The notes beneath the pieces were generated by a model, which worked only from the letters and a program-made list of their open reading frames with translations, was not told where the DNA came from and did no database searches. From Pseudomonadota bacterium (GTDB lineage: Bacteria > Myxococcota_A > UBA9042), in contig SXRM01000383.1 of the NCBI GenBank assembly GCA_005792545.1, forward strand, positions 10,562 to 74,561: a DNA stretch of 64,000 bases, written 5' to 3'. Below, piece after piece: positions 27,091 through 34,620 of this stretch (the first letter of the stretch is position 1; each line of letters starts with the position of its first letter). Both the position numbers and the translations under genes were made by a program.

Positions 27091-29406
27091 CAGACACTTC
27101 AAGTTCTTGTTCGGCTGCAAAGGATACTTCTTGCTCAACAAATCGCCTTTTGAATCCGCGCCCTTGCATGGCTTGAAGCTGGCCGGCGACCACGTCGCCA
27201 CGCCGGCACACCACATATCCTGCATATCCATCACCGGGCCGATCTTGGTGGTGTGGAGTTTGCCGTCCAGGTACACCTTGATCGTCGGCGTCGACTTGCC
27301 AAATGCGTTGGCGGAGAAGTAGTACACACCCACGAAGTAGGCCAGTGCGGGCTGCGGAACGTGCACGGCGATGATTTCGGGTCCCCAGCCGTCCTTGTCG
27401 TCACGGTCGAGCGCTGCGTCGTCGTCAAAATCACCGCCTTTGCCCCACTTGCCGACGACGTTCCACACCGAGCAGTCCAGGCACGGCGCGTACCACGGGT
27501 CGGGCTCGCCATTCTTGTCCAAGTCGGGCTGCCCAGGCTCGTCGGGCGCATCGGCGTGGGCCAGGTGCACGTCCATGTCAGAGCCGACCGCCTTTGCGCC
27601 CGGGGTCGGATCGGTCTCGTCGGTCTTGGTGGGATCTGCCGGGGTATCCCAGGTCAACTCGACGTAGAGCTTGTCGTCGCTGACCACATTCAACTCGTAG
27701 GTCGTCGGCCCGCAGCCGGGCGTGTCGAGCGCGTCGGCGATGTCCAATGTGACCATGTACTTGCCGGCGATGTTGGGCTGCAGCTGCGGCGTTTTGACGT
27801 TGGGCGACGGCAAGAAGGTGGCATAGGAGCCGGCCGGTTGCTGCAGCGACCACTTGTACTTGCTGACCGGCTGGCCGCTCGAGCCCGGCACTGAGCAACT
27901 GGCGTCGAACTTGAGCTTGCTCTGCGGCAACACGTCGCCCGTCAGCGACCCGCCGTTGGCGAGCTTGACCGACATGCAGGCCTTGGGGCACTGCACGGTG
28001 GTGGCGGCCTTGCCGACGACCCCGAGTTCGCCCTTGCCAGCGTTGCTGGTGACCACGACCTTGCCCTTGTTGCTAGCGCCCAACTGCGGCGCTGTGTAGC
28101 TGACGCCCAGGCTGCATGTCGCGCCCTTGGGAACGACCACCGGGCTGGCGGTGCTCGGCGCCTTGCCGCCAAAACAGGTCGAATTGAAGCTGACCGCAAA
28201 GCCCTGGTCGGCGCCTTCAGCCACGGCGACGTTGGTCAGCGACAGGTCTTCGGTGCCACAAGCTTGCAGAAGGACCTCGCGCGGCTGCGGGACGCCGACA
28301 GGTGCCACGCCAAAGTCCAGGGGTCCTGCCGGCACGAACTTCAAGCATGGGCCAGTGGTGTTGACTACGAAGCTCAAGTCGACCTTTTCCTTGCCGATTT
28401 CGTTGGTGGCGAGGCGCAGAATCGCCTGGGCCTTCTCCTCGCTCGGCAAATTCTTGAATTCGACCGGAATTTCCAGCGCGGTGCCGGCAGGGATCTCGAT
28501 GGTCTTGCCGGCCGGCAGATCGCTGCCCTTGGCGATGAGGTAGCTGCCGAGTTGCGCTTGCAGCGGCAGCGTCCCCAACATGGTGGCCGACGAAATCACG
28601 GCCGCGCCCTTGCCGTCGTTGGCGCACAACACGGTCGCCGTGGCGCCCTGGGCCAGCCCAACCTTGCCGAAGTCGGTGTACGGCGGCGTACAGTCGAGCT
28701 TGGGCGAGCCCAGCCGAGTCGAGAACACCGCCGTCCACGGCGTGTCCGCCTGCTTGGTGTCGCCTGAAAACGTAAAGCTTACCTTGAACTTGCGAAGCTC
28801 TGAGCTGGTTGGCCGGGTGTAGCGGACGGTGAAATTAGCCAAAGCGATGGCGCCGCTGGGCGCGCAGGCCGCGTCAAAGCCGACCGGGATAACCGCCGGA
28901 AAGCCAGCGGGCGCGCACGGCTTGCCGTCGTGGCCGAGACAACTGAACGCGGGCGCCGCCACCGGCTTGCCATCGGCATCGGTTTCTTGCACCGCAACGG
29001 TCTTGACCAGCAGGGCCCGACCAGAGACCGCCTGGGCATTGTTGATGATGCGAAAGCCGAATTCGCGTACACCGCCTGGCTGCATCGCCACCATGTCGAT
29101 GTCGTAGGCCAGCGCGGCCGCATTGCCCGAGCCGTCTGAGATGCGCAGCACCGCGTTGTGGTCGATGTTCTCGTTGTTGCATGCCGTGTTGGTCGGCGCC
29201 TCCGTGCCGCAGCCCGCAAGCGAAACTGCGCATGCGACGCCGAACAGAAGGGTAAGGGCCCGTAGAAAATCTACTCGATTTTCTACGTGTACCGTTTGCT
29301 TGCTCGGTGGGTCGCAAACTCGCGGCTTTGCAAGCCGACTCGTCGCTCCGCCGCCTACCGAGGTCGACTGAGTTGTGCTTTGACATGCCCTAGTTGCGCT
29401 ACGCAT
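27088..29406 (-). CDS. paralog 1 of secreted multi-Ig-like lipoprotein with YfaP/DUF2135-like C-terminal domain (start unresolved)
   Basis: Lipobox is LTLLFGVACAVSLAGCG. It has Ig-like 'choice-of-anchor-D'-type repeats (…PLDFGVAPVG…), a PKD-like unit (KYKWSLQQPAG…) and the C-terminal block ELTWDTP…DMDVHL…DPW…DRDDKDGWGPE…VGVYYF…IKVYLDG. The nearest canonical in-frame start (ATG 29406) lies beyond repeat copy 2. Confidence 0.75.
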   Translation of the reverse strand: MRSATRACQSTTQSTSVGGGATSRLAKPRVCDPPSKQTVHVENRVDFLRALTLLFGVACAVSLAGCGTEAPTNTACNNENIDHNAVLRISDGSGNAAALAYDIDMVAMQPGGVREFGFRIINNAQAVSGRALLVKTVAVQETDADGKPVAAPAFSCLGHDGKPCAPAGFPAVIPVGFDAACAPSGAIALANFTVRYTRPTSSELRKFKVSFTFSGDTKQADTPWTAVFSTRLGSPKLDCTPPYTDFGKVGLAQGATATVLCANDGKGAAVISSATMLGTLPLQAQLGSYLIAKGSDLPAGKTIEIPAGTALEIPVEFKNLPSEEKAQAILRLATNEIGKEKVDLSFVVNTTGPCLKFVPAGPLDFGVAPVGVPQPREVLLQACGTEDLSLTNVAVAEGADQGFAVSFNSTCFGGKAPSTASPVVVPKGATCSLGVSYTAPQLGASNKGKVVVTSNAGKGELGVVGKAATTVQCPKACMSVKLANGGSLTGDVLPQSKLKFDASCSVPGSSGQPVSKYKWSLQQPAGSYATFLPSPNVKTPQLQPNIAGKYMVTLDIADALDTPGCGPTTYELNVVSDDKLYVELTWDTPADPTKTDETDPTPGAKAVGSDMDVHLAHADAPDEPGQPDLDKNGEPDPWYAPCLDCSVWNVVGKWGKGGDFDDDAALDRDDKDGWGPEIIAVHVPQPALAYFVGVYYFSANAFGKSTPTIKVYLDGKLHTTKIGPVMDMQDMWCAGVATWSPASFKPCKGADSKGDLLSKKYPLQPNKNLKCL
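29253..29393 (+). repeat. MITE/REP-like intergenic repeat, copy 2
   Basis: TAAGGGCCCGTAGAAAATCTACTCGATTTTCTACG… (11-bp perfect stem) …GGTGGGTCGCAAACTCGCGGCTTTGCAAGCCGACTCGTCGCTCCGCC…GAGGTCGACTGAGTT…GACATGCCCTAG. Confidence 0.85.
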
Positions 29407-29482
29407 CAAGTCGGCACCGCCCGCGACCTGACCGGCCGCAAGCCGGCAGTTTGCCATGCAGCCGGTCCGCGGTCCAAATCGG

Positions 29483-31819
29483 CTATTTCGCGCAAGCTTT
29501 GAGCGTAATCGAGGTCAGGCTCCAGTACTTGGGCACGATCTTGCCCGCCGAGGGGGCCTGCAAGTTGGCGCCGCCAAAGTCTGCCAGGTCGCAGCTGGGC
29601 CACTTGACCTGGGTCACCCACCACATTTCACATTGATTCATCTGCTGGTCAAAAGTGGCCTTGAGCGTACCCAGGCAATAGATGCGCACGGTGGCCTTGG
29701 TCGGCGAATTGCTGTTGAAGCCGTGTGCATCCCAGAAGTGCACGCCCACGCCGTAGTCGACGCCGTTTTCGGGCAGCTGCAGGTTCATGTTCTCGGGGCC
29801 CCAGCCGTTGGTGTCGTCCAGGTCCAGGCTCGGATCGTCGGTCTGCAGCGCCGCGTTGCCCCACTTGGGACTGGGGTTGATCCAATACACATCGTACACA
29901 CCATTGAACCACGGGTCGGTCTTGCCGTCTTTGTCCAGATCCGGCTGGCAGTTTTTGGTCACCGTCGCGCTGCACTGCTGCGCCTCGTAGGCCTTGCTGT
30001 GGACCACGTGCAGATCGAGGTCGGCGCCCTCTGCGGTCGGGCCGTCGTCCTGGACGGTGTCCTCTGGCGTGTTCCACAGCAGTTCGACGTGAAAGGCCAC
30101 GCTCGGCACCACCAGCACCGACAAGATCGCCGGCAGGCAATTCTCGGTGCCGCTGTCGTCCCAAACCTGCAGCTTGACCTTGTACTCGCCCGCCACCGTG
30201 AGCCAGGTCACCGGATCGCCATTAGGCTTGAGTCCGGGGACGCCAAGCGTGACATCAGCGGTGGAGTCGTTGGGGTAGAACTTGACGCCGGTCGCGCCCG
30301 CCGGTGCTTCCAAGAGCGTCCATTTATACTTGACCACCTTGCCGGGGGGCGCCGCGTAACTGGCCGAACCCTTGAGCTTGAGCGGACTCTGCGGCTCGAT
30401 CTGCTCGCCCGGGTCGGGCACGATGACCGGCGTTGGGCACTTGGCAGCGTTGCCGGTGCACGTCAGCGCAATTGACTTACTGGGCTTGGCCGTGCTGTCC
30501 ACCAGATCGAGCTTGGCGGTGAACGGCTGGTTCTTGCCGTCCTTGTCCTTGTTTTCGCTCGGCGGCGTGCAAGCGATGTCCAGCAGCACCTTGGCGTTCT
30601 TGGCGAGCGTCAGCGGCTGGGCGTCGGTCGGCAGCTTGGCGGACTTGAACGCGTAGATGCTCAGGCTGTCGTCGGCGATCTTGGCCGACTTGACCTGGAC
30701 CTCGCCCTCGCCGCAGTTGGTCAGCGTAACGGTCTTGACCGACTCAGTTCCGACGTACACCAGGCCGTGATCCAAGGTCTTCTCGGGCTTGACCAGCAAG
30801 CACGGCACGTTCATGTTGCCCTGCAGCTGCACCGTCGCCGCGCCCGCAGCGTTACTGACCAGCGTAAAGGTCGCTTTGCGGCCCTTGTCGTCGATCGGCG
30901 CGAACAGCACCTCGCCGTCCAGACTGTTGCCCGGGTCGATCTTGAGCGGCGGGGCGAAGGTGGCGTCCTTGTCGCCGGTCACCGTCTTGCCGCCGAGCTT
31001 GAGCGTGAACACCTTGTCTTGCAGCGGCCATTGCACAGCCGAGATCTCGAGCGGTGCCTCGCCGGTGTTCTGCACGGCGACCGCAAGACTAGCCGGCGGC
31101 GCGCCCGGCGCTACCACGTCGAAGTCGACGAACTGCGGCGCCACGTTGATGGCCGGCTTGCCCTGCTTGGTCTGCACCGTGAACTCGACGAACGTATGGT
31201 CGGGATCGCCGTCGGTCTTGATTTGTACCTTGACCGCTTTGGGCAAGTTGTCGGTCTTCTCGAAGCGCACCACGAAGCGGGCGGCGTCGACGGGGCTGCG
31301 CGAAGTGCACGCGGGTTCAAAGTCCTTGGGCACAACGGAGCCCCATATGTGGTCCTTGCACAGCACCGGCAGGCCGTTCTTTTTGATGACCTTGCCGTCG
31401 CTGTCGGCGGCGAGGCACGAAAACGCGGTCTCGCCGGCCGGCACCAGCAGATCCAGCTTGGTGATCAACAGCTCCAGGGCACTGCTGGCGACGGCGACGT
31501 TGCTGATCTGAAATGCGGTATCGATGGGCGGGCCGCCCTGCGTGGTCAACGAGGCGTTGACGACGACGGGCACCGTGGGATCGACCGCGGTCAGGCCTTG
31601 CCGCAGCTGCAACTTGGCCTGGCGGTCGAGCGCGGTGGTGTTGTCCTTGTCAAAGCTGCACTTCTTGGCGACGGTCGCCCCGCCATCGGCGCTGCCGGTG
31701 CCCGCAGTATCGGCGCCGCCGGGGCCATCCGAGGAACAAGCCGCGCCGGCCAGGCACACCAAGCCGATGGCGACGGCCGCGCGCGTGACCGAACGCCCCT
31801 TGCTACGCATCTGCATCAT
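29483..31819 (-). CDS. paralog 2 of secreted multi-Ig-like lipoprotein with YfaP/DUF2135-like C-terminal domain
   Basis: MMQMRSKGRSVTRAAVAIGLVCLAGAACSS (lipobox) with AGGA upstream. PKD-like unit is KYKWTLLEAPAG. C-terminal block is ELLWNTP…ADLDLHVVH…DPWF…LDLDDTNGWGPEN…VGVHFW…VRIY. Confidence 0.85.
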   Translation of the reverse strand: MMQMRSKGRSVTRAAVAIGLVCLAGAACSSDGPGGADTAGTGSADGGATVAKKCSFDKDNTTALDRQAKLQLRQGLTAVDPTVPVVVNASLTTQGGPPIDTAFQISNVAVASSALELLITKLDLLVPAGETAFSCLAADSDGKVIKKNGLPVLCKDHIWGSVVPKDFEPACTSRSPVDAARFVVRFEKTDNLPKAVKVQIKTDGDPDHTFVEFTVQTKQGKPAINVAPQFVDFDVVAPGAPPASLAVAVQNTGEAPLEISAVQWPLQDKVFTLKLGGKTVTGDKDATFAPPLKIDPGNSLDGEVLFAPIDDKGRKATFTLVSNAAGAATVQLQGNMNVPCLLVKPEKTLDHGLVYVGTESVKTVTLTNCGEGEVQVKSAKIADDSLSIYAFKSAKLPTDAQPLTLAKNAKVLLDIACTPPSENKDKDGKNQPFTAKLDLVDSTAKPSKSIALTCTGNAAKCPTPVIVPDPGEQIEPQSPLKLKGSASYAAPPGKVVKYKWTLLEAPAGATGVKFYPNDSTADVTLGVPGLKPNGDPVTWLTVAGEYKVKLQVWDDSGTENCLPAILSVLVVPSVAFHVELLWNTPEDTVQDDGPTAEGADLDLHVVHSKAYEAQQCSATVTKNCQPDLDKDGKTDPWFNGVYDVYWINPSPKWGNAALQTDDPSLDLDDTNGWGPENMNLQLPENGVDYGVGVHFWDAHGFNSNSPTKATVRIYCLGTLKATFDQQMNQCEMWWVTQVKWPSCDLADFGGANLQAPSAGKIVPKYWSLTSITLKACAK

Positions 31820-31870
31820 GTCCTTGGTCCTACGCTGGCGCGGTTCAACGCCGCCCGCCTGTTCAAGGGC

Positions 31871-32009
31871 TAGGGGACTGGAAAATTGGAATTTGAAGGC
31901 TCTCGGCACAAGACGGAGCCGCGAGTCGGCCTCCGAGGCCGCGCGCTGGCGACCCACCAAGCAAGCAAGGGGCTGCAGAAATGATTGAGCAAATCATTTC
32001 CAGGCCCTA
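31871..32009 (-). repeat. MITE/REP-like intergenic repeat, copy 3 (inverted orientation)
   Basis: The reverse complement reads CTAGGGCCTGGAAATGATTTGCTCAATCATTTC…CTTGCTTGCTTGGTGGGTCGCCAGCGCGCGGC…GCCGACTCGCGGCTCCG…CCCCTA. It has a 9-bp perfect stem. Confidence 0.8.
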
Positions 32010-34397
32010 GGGTCCGGTCGGCGTCTTGCACTGGGTGGCGGCACCGCCCACCGAGCCGTTGAACACCTTGTTGACGTAGCACTTGGTGATGCACCAATCG
32101 CCCTTGGGCTGCCACATCAGGTTCTTCTTGGCCGGGCACGAGTAGCCGGACTGGTAGCAGGTGTCGAACACCTTCTTACTGCCGCCCGACGCGGTGTTGG
32201 GCCAGTTGACGCGGCCAACGAACCACATGTCGAGCGGATCCATCTTGACCTTGGTGAACTGCAGCGCCAGACCGCCTTGGATGTAGATCGACACCGTGGC
32301 GTAGGACGTGCCGTAGCCGTGGTCATTCCAATAGTGGACGCCGACGTGGTAAGCGACCGGGTCGTCGACGGTGCCCTCGGGATCGACCAGGTTCAGATTC
32401 TCAGGGCCGGCGCCGTCGGTGTCGTCCAGGTCCAGGGTCGGGTTGTCCTTGGTGTTGCCGCTACCGCCCCACTCGGGCGCCGCGTTGAACCAGAAGGTGT
32501 CCCACGGGTTGCTGAACCACGGGTCGGCCTGACCGTCGCAGTCCAGGTCGAGCGTGGACGCCAGCGGGTGGGCGAAGTGCAAGTCGAGGTCCGCGCCGGC
32601 GGCGGGACCGCTGTCGGTCTGGTCGGGATCCGAAGGGGTGTCCCACAAAAGCTCAATGTGCAAAGCGTTATTGGGGATAACCAGCACCTTCTGGCAGGCC
32701 GGCACGCACGACTTGCTGTCGTTGGCGTCCCACACTTCGAGGCAGAACTCGTACTCGCCCGACGCGTTGGCCAAGAGCGACGGATTGACGAAGGAGGCAT
32801 TGGGCGTCAGCGCCTGGTTGGAGCCGGCCGGCTGCTTGACCGTCCACTTGTACTTCTTGATCGAGCCGCCGCCCGGGGCCTGCGACTTGTCGCCCTTCAA
32901 GTGAATCGTGGTCTGCGGCACCACCTGCTCGCCTTCGGTGACGATGACCTTGGCGATGGGGCAGGTGACCTTGACGCCGACGCCTTCAAGCTGGAGCTTG
33001 GGCGACACAAACGCATTGGACTTGACGGTCAGCACCGCGCCGTCCGGCGGCGCGCCGTCCTCGGTCAGGTCACTCGGGGCATACGCGACTTTGTAGGTGG
33101 CCTCGCCGTTGATCGGCAGGGTCATCGGGTTATCTGGGCTGATGGGGCCGGTGCCGTTCTTGGTCTTGGAGAACAGCGGCGTCTGGTCGATCGCAAACTC
33201 GTTGCTCTTGGTCTCCTCAGCGATGAAGTCGATGCTGGTGACGACCAGGTCCACCGAGCCACAGTTTTTGATCTTGACGTCGGCCGTGCCTGGGGTGCTG
33301 CCCGGTACGCCACCGCCGAAGTTGTACTTGCCGGTCGGGGTCATGCACAGCGCCGGCACCTGGGTGTTGCCATCCAAGACCAGCTTGCGGTTGGCGTTGT
33401 CGGGGTCATTGCTCTCGAATTTGAGTGTGCCCGACTTCTTCTTGTCATCTTTGGGGGCGAACACGACCTCGAACTGCGCCGACTTGCCGACGTCAATTTC
33501 GAGTGGCTTGGCAAACAACCAGGGCTTGCCGCCCACGTGGACGTCTTTGTCGTGATCGGGCGGGTCGATGAGCTTGATCGAGAACGCAGGATCGACCTCC
33601 GCCATCTTGATCGACGACAGCGTCAGCACTGCGTCGCCGCCGTTGACGGCTGCAAAGGTCTTCTTCTCGGTCTGACCGGGTTGGGTGTACGGGAACAGCA
33701 GACCGTCGGCCGGCTGCAGCTCGAGCTTGGGCTTGCCCTGCTCGGTCTTGACGTTGAAGGTGAAGGTGCGGTCGGCCTCCTCTTTGATGCCGCCCAGGGT
33801 CAGCGTCACGATCGCGTTGCGGTCCTTGGCGTCAAAGCGCGTGTAGCGCAAGTACAAGGTTTCTTTGTCAGACTGACCGGACTTGGGCGCCAGGCCGACA
33901 GGCACGACCGCTTTCCAGGATGCCTTGCCACACTTGACCGTCGCCGCAAGATCCTGGAAGCACTCCAGACCCTGTTTGTCCTCCGTCTCGTCCGGGCTGC
34001 CAAGTGTGTAGTTGAATTTGACCGACTTGATCGTCAAGGGCGCCGCGTCGGTTACGGTCTTGGTATTGCGAATCACGATCTGCAGCGGTTCGGTGCTGGA
34101 AGTCAGCTTGACCGAACCGACGGACAGCGCCACGGTGCCGCCGCGGGTCACAGTCTTGCCGGTGGACGGAACGGTCAGTTGGATGGCTGCGTTGCAGTCG
34201 ATAACGAAGCCGCTGGCGGAGACGCCCTTGCCCGACGCGCACGCAAATTCGCCGCCCGTTGGCGTATTGGGGTTGGTGTTGGGACCGCCGCCGCCGCCGT
34301 TGTCGGTGGGCCCAGTGGCTGTGCACGCCAAGCCGAGTATGGTTGCGGCTGCAAACGCGAGCACGCGGGTCGGGCGGTTCACAAGGCGGGTGTCCAT
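32007..34397 (-). CDS. paralog 3 of secreted multi-Ig-like lipoprotein with YfaP/DUF2135-like C-terminal domain
   Basis: MDTRLVNRPTRVLAFAAATILGLACTATG (lipobox) with AGGAG 7 nt upstream. PKD-like unit is KYKWTVKQPAG. C-terminal block is ELLWDTPSDP…ADLDLHFAH…DPWF…LDLDDTDGAGPEN…VGVHYW…VSIYIQG. Confidence 0.87.
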   Translation of the reverse strand: MDTRLVNRPTRVLAFAAATILGLACTATGPTDNGGGGGPNTNPNTPTGGEFACASGKGVSASGFVIDCNAAIQLTVPSTGKTVTRGGTVALSVGSVKLTSSTEPLQIVIRNTKTVTDAAPLTIKSVKFNYTLGSPDETEDKQGLECFQDLAATVKCGKASWKAVVPVGLAPKSGQSDKETLYLRYTRFDAKDRNAIVTLTLGGIKEEADRTFTFNVKTEQGKPKLELQPADGLLFPYTQPGQTEKKTFAAVNGGDAVLTLSSIKMAEVDPAFSIKLIDPPDHDKDVHVGGKPWLFAKPLEIDVGKSAQFEVVFAPKDDKKKSGTLKFESNDPDNANRKLVLDGNTQVPALCMTPTGKYNFGGGVPGSTPGTADVKIKNCGSVDLVVTSIDFIAEETKSNEFAIDQTPLFSKTKNGTGPISPDNPMTLPINGEATYKVAYAPSDLTEDGAPPDGAVLTVKSNAFVSPKLQLEGVGVKVTCPIAKVIVTEGEQVVPQTTIHLKGDKSQAPGGGSIKKYKWTVKQPAGSNQALTPNASFVNPSLLANASGEYEFCLEVWDANDSKSCVPACQKVLVIPNNALHIELLWDTPSDPDQTDSGPAAGADLDLHFAHPLASTLDLDCDGQADPWFSNPWDTFWFNAAPEWGGSGNTKDNPTLDLDDTDGAGPENLNLVDPEGTVDDPVAYHVGVHYWNDHGYGTSYATVSIYIQGGLALQFTKVKMDPLDMWFVGRVNWPNTASGGSKKVFDTCYQSGYSCPAKKNLMWQPKGDWCITKCYVNKVFNGSVGGAATQCKTPTGP

Positions 34398-34525
34398 GGC
34401 GGTACTCCTGCAAAAACGAGTGCGGTTGCGGAATCTGCTGCGGTCGTCGAGGTCGTTCGCGTTCGTGGGGCGCGCCGTTGCGCGCGAAGTCATGCCGCGG
34501 CGGTGGCCGCAGGCACAACCTCTGG

Positions 34526-34554
34526 ACTGTAACGGCGGGTCCGCAACCCGTCAA
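34526..34554 (-). promoter_or_regulatory. candidate sigma70-type promoter upstream of paralog 3 (TTGACG-N17-TACAGT)
   Basis: The minus strand reads TTGACGggttgcggacccgccgtTACAGT, about 120 nt upstream of the ATG at 34397. This is a sequence match only. Confidence 0.35.
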
Positions 34555-34620
34555 CCACAAAAAGCCACCGAAAAACGCACACCAGATCGCCTGGGGTAAA
34601 AAAGTCCCGGGCGCACGGAA

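Noticed and set aside
32277-34532. 751-aa + strand ORF opposite paralog 3 (and 30767..31873 and 29456..30475 opposite paralog 2)
   Set aside because: These are antisense artefacts. The minus-strand frames have lipoboxes, RBSs and paralog conservation.
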